Source of the DNA: an uncultured Acidobacteriota bacterium
GTDB lineage: Bacteria > Acidobacteriota > Thermoanaerobaculia > Multivoradales > UBA5704
Assembly (NCBI GenBank): GCA_963770895.1
Contig: CAVYRF010000001.1
Span: 1,184,001-1,248,000 of the forward strand
Length of the DNA stretch: 64,000 bases
Reading direction: 5' to 3'
The notes under the pieces are model-generated. The model was given only the letters and a program-made list of their open reading frames with translations. It was not told the origin of the DNA and searched no databases. The translations under genes and the position numbers were made by a program. Positions 1 through 31,252 of this stretch are shown here, piece after piece; within the stretch, counting starts at the first letter, position 1; each line of letters opens with the position of its first letter.

Positions 1-1
1 C

Positions 2-2635
2 CACCTCGCCGTCGAGCTGGCCCGCGCCGACCCGGCGCTGCCGCTCGCCGCTCTGCGCTCCCAGGTGCTGGCACGCCGGCAGCTCGAAAACGAGCTGGCG
101 CTGTCGCCCGCCTTCTTCGCCGACCTGCAGCGGCGGGTGCCGGCGATCCGCCGGGTGGAGATCCATCCCAAGCGCGGGCATGCCCACAACGAGCTGACCG
201 CCTTCCGCTACCAGGTCGTGCTGCGCATCGGCGCCAGCCACGGCGCCACCGATGCCACCCACGCCGCCGCCGCCATCGGCGCAGCCGCTGCGCCCGCCTG
301 GCGGGACTGGCGGGCGGGCGGCCTGACCCTCGAGCGCTTGCAGAGCGAGCTCCAGAGCGACGGAGCGGGCCTGATCGCGCTCTCCGGCATCCCCAACCTG
401 CGGCTCGCGACCGACGTGGCGGCCGCCCGCCTGGCGTGGGAGGACGTGCCCCCCGAGGCGGCCAATGGGCACGGCACCCTGCACGCCGGTGGAGCGAAGG
501 CTGCGGCCGCCGGCGCCACCGCCGGCGATCTGCGCCGCCGGGCGGCAGCTGCCGCCGCGGCGTCCGGCGCCGTCGATCCGCAGGCGCTATGGGACCTTGC
601 GGCCCAGCTGTCCTACGACATCGAGATCGGCTGGGCGGCGCCGGGTGCCGACGGCGCCTTCACCGCACTGCTGCGTCGCCGCCCCGCCGCCCCCGCTGCG
701 CACGACGCGGCGGTTCCGCCCCTGGCCGAGCTGCTCCCCCAGCCGGCGCCCGGCGCGACCGCCGCCGAGCTCGCCAACCGACCGCTCCGCGGGCGCTTCG
801 CCCGGCGGCTGGCGCCCGAGCTGCGCGCTTTTCTCGGCGCACGCCTGCCGGAGCCGATGCTCCCCGCGGCGTTCGTCCTGCTCGATGCCCTGCCGCTCAA
901 CGCCAACGGCAAGCTGGACATCCAGCGGCTGCCGCCCCCGGAAGCCGCCCGCGGCGCCGCCGCCGGGACGCTTTCGGCGCCGCGTACGCCGCTCGAAGAG
1001 CGCCTCGCCGCGATCTGGGCGGAGCTGCTCGGCCTGGCGCGGGTCGGCGTCGACGAAAGCTTCTTCGATCTCGGCGGCCACTCGCTGATCGGCGCCCAGC
1101 TGATCTCCCGCCTGCGCCAGGTGCTGGAGGTCGACCTGCCCTTGCGCCTCCTCTTCGAGGCGCCGACGGTGGCTGCAATGGCCGTCGAGATCGAGCTTCT
1201 GCAGCGCGGCGCCGGCGCCCGCGAGCTGCGCACCATCGCCTCCTTCGGCGAGGTCCGCGACTCGCCGCCGCCGCTGTCGTTCGCGCAGGAGCGTTACTGG
1301 TCGGGCCGGCACCTCGAGGCCCGCTCGGTGGCCTCGACCGTGCCGCTGCTCATGCACCTTCAAGGCCCGCTCGACCTCGTCTGCCTGCGGCAGGCGATCG
1401 CGGCGGTCGTCGAGCGCCACGAGCTCCTGCGCACCAGCTTCCAGGACGGTCCGGCCGGGCCGACCCAGGTCATCCACCCCATGGTGCCGCTGCATTTCCC
1501 GATCGTCGATCTCGGGCGGTTGGGCGCCGCCGAGCGGATGGCGGAGGTGCGGCGCTTCAGCATCGTCGACGGCAGGCTGCACTTCGACTACCAGCGCCCG
1601 CCGCTCTTCCGTCAGACCCTCTTCCGCGGCGCGGCCGACGAGCACATCCTGCTCTTCACCATCCATCACGTCGCCGCCGACTGGTGGTCGGGCTCCATCC
1701 TGATCGGCGAAGTCTCGGCCCTCTACCTGGCCATCCACGAACGCCGGCCCTCGCCCCTGCCGCCGGTCGTCGCGCAGTTCCAGGACTTTGCGCGCTGGCA
1801 GCGTCGCCTCTCGCAGGAGGAGGCGCACGCCAGCCAGGTGACCTTCTGGCGCGACCACCTGCACGGCGCCCTCCCCATCGACCTCAACCCCGGCCGGCCG
1901 CGCCCCCAAAAGCCCACCTACACCGCCGCCGTCGAGGAAGTCCACGTTCCGGCGGACCTCGAAAAAGAGCTCGACGCCTTTTCCGCCCGCCACGGCGTCA
2001 CCCTCTTCATGACCCTGCTGGCCGCCTTCAAGGCGCTCCTGCATCACGAGACCGGGCAGGACGACCTGGTCGTCCCCTGCAGCTTCGCCAACCGCAACCA
2101 GTTCGAGACGGAATCTCTGATGGGCAACCTGGCCGTCAACCTCCCCCTGCGCACCCGCCTCGCGGGAGTGGAAACCTTCCGCGATCTCCTGCAGCGGGTG
2201 CGGCACGTGACCCTCCAGGCCCACGACCATCCGGACATCTTCTGGGAGCCCGTGGTGGCAGGCATGAGCTTCCTCGAAGAAGGCGATCGGGGAGGGCTCA
2301 CCACCTTCCGCATCCTCTTCCAGCTCATCAAGGCGCCCCCCACCGCCGAGGCCGCCTCCGACCTCCGCATCACCCAGCTGGGCGTCGACACCGGCAAGAT
2401 CCGCCTGGACATGAGCCTCTTCCTCACCCAGGACAACGGCCTCTCCGGACGCTTCCGCTACCACCGCGACATCCTCGACAAGCCAAGGGTCGCCCGCATG
2501 CGCCATCGCTTCCTGCGCATCCTCGCCGCCATCGTCGCCGACCCCGACCGCCCCCTGGCCGACCTGGCCCAGGCGCCAGCCGATCCAATCCCCCAGGAGC
2601 CGATCCCGCAAGCCGACGCTGTGCTCGGCAGCTGA
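2..2635 (+). CDS. NRPS, 5'-truncated by the window: tail of an embedded methyltransferase domain, A C-terminal end, PCP, terminal condensation domain
   Basis: NELTAFRYQVVL (nMT-type motif), LPLNANGKLD (A10), FFDLGGHSL (PCP), SFAQERY and HHVAADWWS (C domain); no TE. Confidence 0.93.
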   Translation, partial: HLAVELARADPALPLAALRSQVLARRQLENELALSPAFFADLQRRVPAIRRVEIHPKRGHAHNELTAFRYQVVLRIGASHGATDATHAAAAIGAAAAPAWRDWRAGGLTLERLQSELQSDGAGLIALSGIPNLRLATDVAAARLAWEDVPPEAANGHGTLHAGGAKAAAAGATAGDLRRRAAAAAAASGAVDPQALWDLAAQLSYDIEIGWAAPGADGAFTALLRRRPAAPAAHDAAVPPLAELLPQPAPGATAAELANRPLRGRFARRLAPELRAFLGARLPEPMLPAAFVLLDALPLNANGKLDIQRLPPPEAARGAAAGTLSAPRTPLEERLAAIWAELLGLARVGVDESFFDLGGHSLIGAQLISRLRQVLEVDLPLRLLFEAPTVAAMAVEIELLQRGAGARELRTIASFGEVRDSPPPLSFAQERYWSGRHLEARSVASTVPLLMHLQGPLDLVCLRQAIAAVVERHELLRTSFQDGPAGPTQVIHPMVPLHFPIVDLGRLGAAERMAEVRRFSIVDGRLHFDYQRPPLFRQTLFRGAADEHILLFTIHHVAADWWSGSILIGEVSALYLAIHERRPSPLPPVVAQFQDFARWQRRLSQEEAHASQVTFWRDHLHGALPIDLNPGRPRPQKPTYTAAVEEVHVPADLEKELDAFSARHGVTLFMTLLAAFKALLHHETGQDDLVVPCSFANRNQFETESLMGNLAVNLPLRTRLAGVETFRDLLQRVRHVTLQAHDHPDIFWEPVVAGMSFLEEGDRGGLTTFRILFQLIKAPPTAEAASDLRITQLGVDTGKIRLDMSLFLTQDNGLSGRFRYHRDILDKPRVARMRHRFLRILAAIVADPDRPLADLAQAPADPIPQEPIPQADAVLGS

Positions 2636-2798
2636 TCTCGAGATCGACCGGCCCAAGGCGGCAGCTCCGGCGCGGCCGCCGGGAGGGCTCCCCTTGTCGT
2701 CGCGCTGCGGGCTCGCCAAGCGGCTTGGCGGTGAGCCGTATCGCCAGCGGTTCCCCGCATTGCCTCGCCCCAGAGCGCCGCCAAGCGGACCCCTCCCG

Positions 2799-3685
2799 TC
2801 ATCCGCCCCTCCCCAGACTGCCAGGAGGGCGAGCACACGCCGGCGCCTCTCGCCGGCACCGCACGAGTGAGAACCCCGCCTTCACGCCAGGTCGGTTCGC
2901 CGCGTCGCCCCGATCGCGAAGCGCCTGGCGGCGCGTGCGCAATCGGGGCCGGGGCGACAATACTTCATGCCACTTCCTCAATTCCGGCACATCCAAGTAA
3001 CCCCAAGACATATCGCCAAACCGCAGCTCTCGTAGGTTATTCCTCGGAAGCCGTACAACATGACTGAGGGGTCCTGCTTGTCGCGGCAAGTGATGGTACA
3101 CCTCATAAGCCAGGATGTCGGCCGCCTGTAGCGCCACGAACTCCCGCTCGTTCTCAAATCGCAGAGAAAGGAGGCGGAGGTTGTTCTTTTGTAAGGGGTC
3201 TTGCTCGTTTTCCTGAAACAGCTTCAGGCTGACGCCAGCGCCGCTTGCTCCACTTTCAAAAGTATATGCAATTTGAGCGGCTGGCGCCTTTGCCCTAACA
3301 AGCTTGGCCGCGTCCATAAAGCAGGCCATGGCGGCCAGCCGTACGCGCCCCCAGTGAGCTGTTTCGCTCCCTCAGAGAAAATCGAGTCAAATTCTTTTTT
3401 GGGAACCGCAATGCCAACGCTGCCAAGCGTGTGCCTCTTAACGATGTCAACTAGCCTGGAGTATCTAGCGCGCCTTTCATTGTGAGTCCAGGATTTATAT
3501 GGCTCAACCCGAGTGGAGCAAAAATCCACCATGTGAAACATGTCAAGCCCAAGCTCCGCCAGCGCGAGTTTCCACTCTGTCTCATAATCGAGCCACAACT
3601 CTTGGGTTGATATATATCCTGCCACGCTCAATACTCTTGAGCGTTGATGTGTTCCGCTCTCATCAAAATAGGCTTCAAGAATCAC
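2799..3685 (-). pseudogene. DUF3800-like (RNase H-fold) protein, split by a 1-nt frameshift near 3338
   Basis: N-part AYFDESG...FHMVDF (3685-~3338) continues in another frame as LAAMACF...YTFESG...LQAADILAY; the 3' end reads into repeat R1. The frameshift may be a sequencing error. Confidence 0.75.
2885..2956 (+). repeat. Bulged-hairpin dispersed repeat, copy R1 (3'-truncated)
   Basis: Core GCCCCGATCGCGAAGCGCC-TGGC-GGCGCGTGCGCAATCGGGGC at 2907-2949; 2885-2952 nearly identical to 4635-4702. Confidence 0.9.
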
Positions 3686-3725
3686 GAGGTATCAATCTTT
3701 CGGCCGGGGGCCGCTTGGTGCATGG

Positions 3726-3749
3726 CGGGGAGGAGCGGCCCTCCCCTAC
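3726..3749 (-). repeat. GTAG-type REP-like palindrome (single, degenerate)
   Basis: Minus strand GTAGGGGAGGGCCGCTCCTCCCCG: GTAG tetranucleotide followed by a GGGGAGG/CCTCCCC stem. Confidence 0.45.
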
Positions 3750-3815
3750 AGGAGGACCGTATAGCAGGCCGAGGCCGCGGGAGCCGCAACACAGGAAGAG
3801 AGCACTGCCCGCCGC

Positions 3816-4157
3816 TCATGCCGCTTGCAAGATGAAACTGACGCGTACGGCGTCGTAGGGAAATACGATGCGGCCGTCGCCGGTCTTCTCCAGGAGTCCG
3901 GCGGCGAGCAGTGCATGGACATCTCCGTGCACCGCCTTGACGTCCCGTCCCACACGACGGGCAGCCTCCCGTATGGAGACCTCTCCCGCGCCGGTCAGTT
4001 GCGCGAGCAGCTCCCATCGTTTCTGCGTCAGTACCTTGAACATTAGCGCCGGCGTCTCGAAGCTGATGAAGGCCCCTTGGGCCTGCCCCGCCATGGCGCG
4101 GACGAAACGGCGATCCGTCTCCACGCGCGGCGAGATCTCCAGAGTCACAGTTCGCAT
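3816..4157 (-). CDS. HTH protein, putative antitoxin (HVO_A0114-like)
   Basis: ATG at 4157, 1 nt after the upstream stop; ISFETP...LTQKRWELL...SIREAARRVGRDVKAVHGDVHALL...IVFPYD. Confidence 0.85.
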   Translation of the reverse strand: MRTVTLEISPRVETDRRFVRAMAGQAQGAFISFETPALMFKVLTQKRWELLAQLTGAGEVSIREAARRVGRDVKAVHGDVHALLAAGLLEKTGDGRIVFPYDAVRVSFILQAA

Positions 4158-4158
4158 G

Positions 4159-4440
4159 TCACGGCCTCCAGCGCTCCACGTCCCGCCAGAAGTCGGCGAG
4201 GAGCTGTTCCGGCGTGATAAAGGTGTAGGGGGTTTGCTGGTTGCCGGCATGGCGATGGTCACCCTTGCCCGCCTCGTTGTCGTACCGCAGGATACAGGTC
4301 CCGTCGACCACCAGCGCGAGTCGATACTTGAAAGGATGCGCGCTTCCCGGGACGGGCGCTGGCAGGCGCCACACGACCAGTTCCACGAAAGCATCTCCGG
4401 CAATGATCCGCCGTTCCCGGAACAGGGGATCGGCCTTCAT
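4159..4440 (-). CDS. DUF6516 (TumE-like) putative toxin
   Basis: FKYRL...LRYDNEAGKGDHRH signature; paired with the HTH gene. Confidence 0.85.
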   Translation of the reverse strand: MKADPLFRERRIIAGDAFVELVVWRLPAPVPGSAHPFKYRLALVVDGTCILRYDNEAGKGDHRHAGNQQTPYTFITPEQLLADFWRDVERWRP

Positions 4441-4477
4441 GTTGGAGAGAATACCAACACCAAAAGCGAATGTCCAC
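4441..4477 (-). promoter_or_regulatory. Probable leaderless promoter/operator of the DUF6516-HTH pair
   Basis: Minus strand TGGACA...TATTCT-ctccaac-ATG; inverted repeat GTTGG-N8-CCAAC at 4441-4458. Confidence 0.5.
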
Positions 4478-4634
4478 GGCCGCGGATCTGATCCGCGACC
4501 ATCTACGCAACTGGCGTGGCAGGCTCGGAAACCGGCGAGCCAGAATCAGAGGTAGCGGTCCGCTCCCGAGCTTCGAGGTCGCGGTCCAGGCTCGCCAGGC
4601 GATAGACGACCCAGCCCCCGACGATCGAGACGGG

Positions 4635-4724
4635 CGCCAAGTCGGTTCACCGTGTCGCCCCGATCGCGACGCGCCTGGCGGCGCGTGCGCAATCGGGGCC
4701 GGAGCGCGGGCGAGGCGTCGTGCC
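4635..4724 (+). repeat. Bulged-hairpin dispersed repeat, copy R2 (most complete)
   Basis: Core GCCCCGATCGCGACGCGCC-TGGC-GGCGCGTGCGCAATCGGGGC at 4657-4699; 5' extension shared with R1, 3' extension shared with R3/R4. Confidence 0.9.
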
Positions 4725-4815
4725 ATACATGAAGGGCTTGCGGCGAGGAGCGCCGGCCGGCCCCGCCGGACCGGAGACGCCGGCCGGCGGGGCTTGCTGC
4801 GGCCGCGGCGGCCGG

Positions 4816-6150
4816 TCAGTGGGCGCCGGTGTTCTTGACGATGCGGCCGGCCTGCATGACGAAGAAGACGTTTTCGGTGCGGCGGATGTCTTGCAGCGGA
4901 TCGCCGGCGACGGCGACCAGGTCGGCGACCTTGCCGTGCTCGATGGTGCCGATCTGGTCGGTGAGGCCGAGCAGGTCGGCGCCGCCGGCGGTGGCGGCGC
5001 GCAGGGCCTGCGCCGGCGTCATGCCGTTGCTTGCCATGAGCGCGAACTCGCGCGCGTCCAGGCCGTGCGGCTCGACGCCCGAATCGGTGCCGAACGCCAC
5101 CTTGACGCCGATCTTCATGGCGCGCCGGAACATGTCCTGCATCGCCGCGGCGGCGGCGCGCGCCTTGACGGCGATGGCCGGCGGGAACTTGTCGGCCTTT
5201 TCGCCCACCCAGTAGCCGGCGAACAGCGTCGGCACCAGGTAGACGCCCTTGTCCTTCATCTCGCGCAGCGTGTCGTCCTTGAGGAACGAGCCGTGCTCGA
5301 TCGAATCCACGCCGGCGGCGATGGCGATCTTGGCGGCGGCGTCGCCGTGGCAATGCGCCGCCACCTTGCGGTGCCACGCATGCGCCTCCGAAACAATGGC
5401 GTTCATCTCCTCCTGGGTCAGCTCCGGCACGTCGACCGGATCGGCCAGCGACAGCACGCCGCCCGACGGCATGCACTTGATCACGTCGGCGCCGTACTTG
5501 ATCTGGTAGCGCACCGCCTCGCGGCACTCCGCCGGCCCGTTGCAGACCCCCTGGATGGTGCCGGCCGGCTTGACGCGGTCGGGAGGAAACGGCGACTGGT
5601 CGGCATGGCCGCCGGTCGAGCCGATGCCGTAGTTCGCCACCAGCATGCGCGGCCCCTCCGCCACACCGGCGTTGATCGCATTGCGCAACCCGACGGCCAG
5701 AAAATCCTGCGAGCCCAGGTCGCGCACCGTGGTGAATCCCGCCTCCAGCGTCAGCCGCGCATAGTGGGCCGCATAGTGCGCCTGCTCGGCCGGGAACCGC
5801 ATCACCCCGGTAAAAAAGTCCTTGTACCAGTCGTCGCCCGCCTCGTGCGCCATGTGCACGTGCGCGTCGATGAAGCCGGGCAGCAGCGTCGCATCACCCA
5901 GGTCGATCACCCGAGCCCCCGGCGGCACCGGCAGGTTGGCGCCCACCTGGGTGATCCGCTCCCCCTCCACCACCACCATGCCCGGCGCCACCACCTGGTC
6001 GGACGTCGCGGCGAACACCCGCGCCGCCTTGATCACCACCACCGCCGGCGCCGCCGCGGACTGCGCCGCCGCCGCCGCCCCCAGCGCGCCCCCAGCCGGA
6101 AGCCCTGCCGCCACCGCCAGCATCACCACCAGCAACCCAAGCTTTTTCAT
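4816..6150 (-). CDS. Secreted metal-dependent amidohydrolase (Xaa-Pro dipeptidase-like)
   Basis: Signal peptide; LLPGFIDAHVH, GFTTVRDLG, VAAHCHG, SIEHG, FGTDSG, GKVADLVAV; GGAGAA RBS. Confidence 0.93.
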   Translation of the reverse strand: MKKLGLLVVMLAVAAGLPAGGALGAAAAAQSAAAPAVVVIKAARVFAATSDQVVAPGMVVVEGERITQVGANLPVPPGARVIDLGDATLLPGFIDAHVHMAHEAGDDWYKDFFTGVMRFPAEQAHYAAHYARLTLEAGFTTVRDLGSQDFLAVGLRNAINAGVAEGPRMLVANYGIGSTGGHADQSPFPPDRVKPAGTIQGVCNGPAECREAVRYQIKYGADVIKCMPSGGVLSLADPVDVPELTQEEMNAIVSEAHAWHRKVAAHCHGDAAAKIAIAAGVDSIEHGSFLKDDTLREMKDKGVYLVPTLFAGYWVGEKADKFPPAIAVKARAAAAAMQDMFRRAMKIGVKVAFGTDSGVEPHGLDAREFALMASNGMTPAQALRAATAGGADLLGLTDQIGTIEHGKVADLVAVAGDPLQDIRRTENVFFVMQAGRIVKNTGAH

Positions 6151-6367
6151 CCTGAATTCTCCTTACCGGTTTCCGTCCAGGGTAGCACCGCAGGGGCGGC
6201 GGAGGGCGGCCTCTACGGCCTCGCCGGGGGGCGGCGGCGCTTTTGAAGTGACGCATCGGGACCGACAAGTGACGCTAGATCGGAACGCCTCGCCGCGGTG
6301 AGGTCTTGCGCCTGTTGGTATATTTTCCGCCGGTTACCTCAAGTACCTGACAACTCAGCAGTCACCG

Positions 6368-28477
<22,110 letters not shown>

Positions 28478-28568
28478 CCCCCGCGGCAGGCGGTGGCGGT
28501 GCGGTTCCCGTCCCCCAGCCCGTCTCCCAGCCCGGCCCGCCGCACAGGCCGGCCGGGCGCCGGCGCGC

Positions 28569-29972
28569 TCACGATCCCGGCGGCGGCTCCGGGCAGGTGC
28601 AGGCGTTCTGGGCGGTGAAGAAGTAGGGGAAGAGGACGACGTGGCTCATGTACAGCGTCTTGTCCACCACCGTCACCGTTTGGGGGTTCACCTGCGGGTT
28701 GCCGACCAGGCCGGCAAACTCGCCGGGGAACTGCGGGTTGTGACAGCCGAAACAGCTCACGTCCTGCTTGAACGTCTCCAGGGTCGTGTTCGACAGCAGC
28801 GGCGAGCCGCCCGGCGTCGTCAGGTTGACGGTCGGCGTGCGCACGTTGAAGGGCGCCGGCGCGGGCGCTGGATCGGTCGCCCACAGGGTGCCCACCAGCT
28901 TGTAAAAGCGCAGCGGCGACCTGGCCGGCAGCTGGCGCTGCACGGTGCCGTTCAATTGATCGATCTGGCGGGCGATCTCGGGCGCCGCGCCGCCATGTGA
29001 ATACTTGCGGCAGACGTTGGTGGGCTTGGCCGGACCGCTTGCCGGATTGGCCTGGTTGCAGTGCGCCTCGTCGCTGCGGCAGTCGGTCACCCCGTCGTAC
29101 AGCGACCAGGGGCCGGGTTGCGGCGTCTCGTCGCAGTCCGGAGCCGTGTTTTGATGTTCGAAGGTGGCCCAGATCAGCTCGGGGTGATTGTCGGCGCCGC
29201 CGGTGACGTGAAAGCCCACCAGCGCCAGCTCCTGTTCGGTGGCGCAGGCGATCTGGTCGCCCGCCGGGCAGCTGCCGCCGGCGCCCACCGGCACCGAGCA
29301 GCAGCTCTTGGACTCGGGGATGACGCAGGCGGTGGTGACGAAGTACTGCGCCTTCTCCTGCTCGCTCATGCCGGCGGCCAGGCGCCACGAAGTCTTGATC
29401 TCGAAGCTGCCGCTCGGAAACGCCTGCTGCGGGTCGGCCGCGCTCAGCACCGCCGGATTGGCCAGCTGGTGATTGGTCACGAACTGGATCCACGCCGGGC
29501 TGACATGGGCGGTGAAGTAGACCGGGTTGCCCGCCTGGTCGATCACCTCGCCCGACAGCTGGTTGCCCGCCGCGTCCTTGGGCGGGAAGCCGGGCTGGGT
29601 CGTGGCGTTGACCACCTCCTGGGTGGGCGGCCCGCCGCACTGATTGAAAGGGGCTTTGGGCGTGCCCTTGGTGCACGCCTGCTGGCAGAACAGGCTGTTG
29701 ATGGCCGGCTTGGGGAACCCCCACTGGAGGTAGCGCGGCACCGGCTGGGCGGGGCTGGTCTCGAGCAGCGCCAGAAAAGTCTGCCAGGCAAACTGCTGAA
29801 ACTGGCACGGGCTGGCCGGCGCGGTGTCGGGCACCATCGGAATGCCGGTGAACCAGCTTGCCGGCGCGGTGCAACCGCCGCCCGCCGCGACCGCCGGCAG
29901 GGCGCCGGCCGCCAGCAAGAGAGCGAATACCAGCAACGTCGCACACAAACCTCCCCACGATCGCAGCGCCAT
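28569..29972 (-). CDS. Secreted Cys-rich protein with a C-terminal CxxCH (putative c-type haem protein)
   Basis: Signal peptide; FAWQTFLAL, ALVGFHVT, WATFEH, SNTTLETF, SCFGCH. Confidence 0.75.
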   Translation of the reverse strand: MALRSWGGLCATLLVFALLLAAGALPAVAAGGGCTAPASWFTGIPMVPDTAPASPCQFQQFAWQTFLALLETSPAQPVPRYLQWGFPKPAINSLFCQQACTKGTPKAPFNQCGGPPTQEVVNATTQPGFPPKDAAGNQLSGEVIDQAGNPVYFTAHVSPAWIQFVTNHQLANPAVLSAADPQQAFPSGSFEIKTSWRLAAGMSEQEKAQYFVTTACVIPESKSCCSVPVGAGGSCPAGDQIACATEQELALVGFHVTGGADNHPELIWATFEHQNTAPDCDETPQPGPWSLYDGVTDCRSDEAHCNQANPASGPAKPTNVCRKYSHGGAAPEIARQIDQLNGTVQRQLPARSPLRFYKLVGTLWATDPAPAPAPFNVRTPTVNLTTPGGSPLLSNTTLETFKQDVSCFGCHNPQFPGEFAGLVGNPQVNPQTVTVVDKTLYMSHVVLFPYFFTAQNACTCPEPPPGS

Positions 29973-30220
29973 GCCCGTGCTCCTTTTTTCGAGATGCTAA
30001 ATTGAGCTTAGGGGATCTAGCTCTGGCGGTCAATCGCCAGGACTTCAGGCGCCTGCGCCTGGCTGCGCCGTGCCCGGCGGGCCTGCTCAGGGTGGGGGCG
30101 TGAATGCGTAGAGGCCCTGGCCCGCGGTGCCCAGCGCCTGCGGCGCCGGCGTCGCCGCATCCGCGGTCTGCTAAGCTTCGCTCGATGCTCGATCTCCCGC
30201 CTGCCTGACCGGCACCCACG

Positions 30221-31180
30221 ATGCGCACGATCACCCTGGAAGAGCACTATGCCAGCCCGGAGTTCCTCGCCGGACCCGGACGCCACCTGAAGGCGGAAGG
30301 CACGCCGGCCGGAGTGCTGGAGGCGCTCTGCGACCTCGACGACAAGCGGATCCAGGCGATGGACGTCGCGGGCATCGACGTCCAGGTGCTCTCGCTCACC
30401 TCGCCGGGCACGGAGCAGCTGGACGCGACCGAAGCGGTGGCGGTGGCGCGGCAGAGCAACGATTTCCTTGCCGCCGCGGTGCGCCGCCACCCGGGTCGTT
30501 TCGCCGGTTTTGCCGCGCTGCCCAGCGCCGATCCGGCCGCGGCCGCGGACGAGCTGGCGCGGACGACCCGGGAGCACGGTTTCCGGGGAGCCATGATCAA
30601 CGGCCACGTCCGCGGCCGCTACCTGGACGACCCGTTTTTCGCGCCCATCCTGGAGCGCGCGCAGGCGCTTGGGGTTCCCCTCTACCTGCATCCGACGCCG
30701 CCGCCCCAGCCGGCGATCGACGCCTTGTACAAGGGCTTCTCGCCGGTCGTGGAATGCCTGCTCGCCGGGCCGGCCTGGGGCTGGCACATCGAAACCGCCG
30801 TGCACGTCATCCGGCTGATCCTGGGCGGCGTCTTCGACCGCTTGCCACGGTTGCAGGTGGTCGTCGGGCACATGGGCGAGGGTTTGCCCTTCATGCTGCC
30901 GCGCCTCAACCTGGTCCTGTCCGAGGCCAGGACCAAGCTCGCGCGCCCCGTCGCCGCCTACCTGCGCGAGAACGTCCACTACACGTTCAGCGGCTTCAAC
31001 TTCACGCCCACCTTCCTCAACCTGCTGCTGGAGGTGGGAGTCGACCGCATCCTCTTTTCGGCCGACCATCCCTGGGCCTCGATGGCCCAGGCGCGGGCCT
31101 TCCTCGACCGCCTGCCGGTGAGCGCCGCCGACAAGGAGCGCATCGCGCACGGCAACGCCCAACGCCTGCTCGGCCTCTGA
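30221..31180 (+). CDS. Amidohydrolase_2 family (aromatic-acid decarboxylase/ACMSD-like)
   Basis: ITLEEHY, MDVAGIDVQVLSLT, LYLHP, GHMGEGLPF, ILFSADHP. Confidence 0.9.
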   Translation: MRTITLEEHYASPEFLAGPGRHLKAEGTPAGVLEALCDLDDKRIQAMDVAGIDVQVLSLTSPGTEQLDATEAVAVARQSNDFLAAAVRRHPGRFAGFAALPSADPAAAADELARTTREHGFRGAMINGHVRGRYLDDPFFAPILERAQALGVPLYLHPTPPPQPAIDALYKGFSPVVECLLAGPAWGWHIETAVHVIRLILGGVFDRLPRLQVVVGHMGEGLPFMLPRLNLVLSEARTKLARPVAAYLRENVHYTFSGFNFTPTFLNLLLEVGVDRILFSADHPWASMAQARAFLDRLPVSAADKERIAHGNAQRLLGL

Positions 31181-31252
31181 ATCGCGGATCATCCGGCGCG
31201 CACCAGGGTGGCCGCGGCCGGGGCTTGGTGGGCGGAGCGGAAGGTGGTGCGC

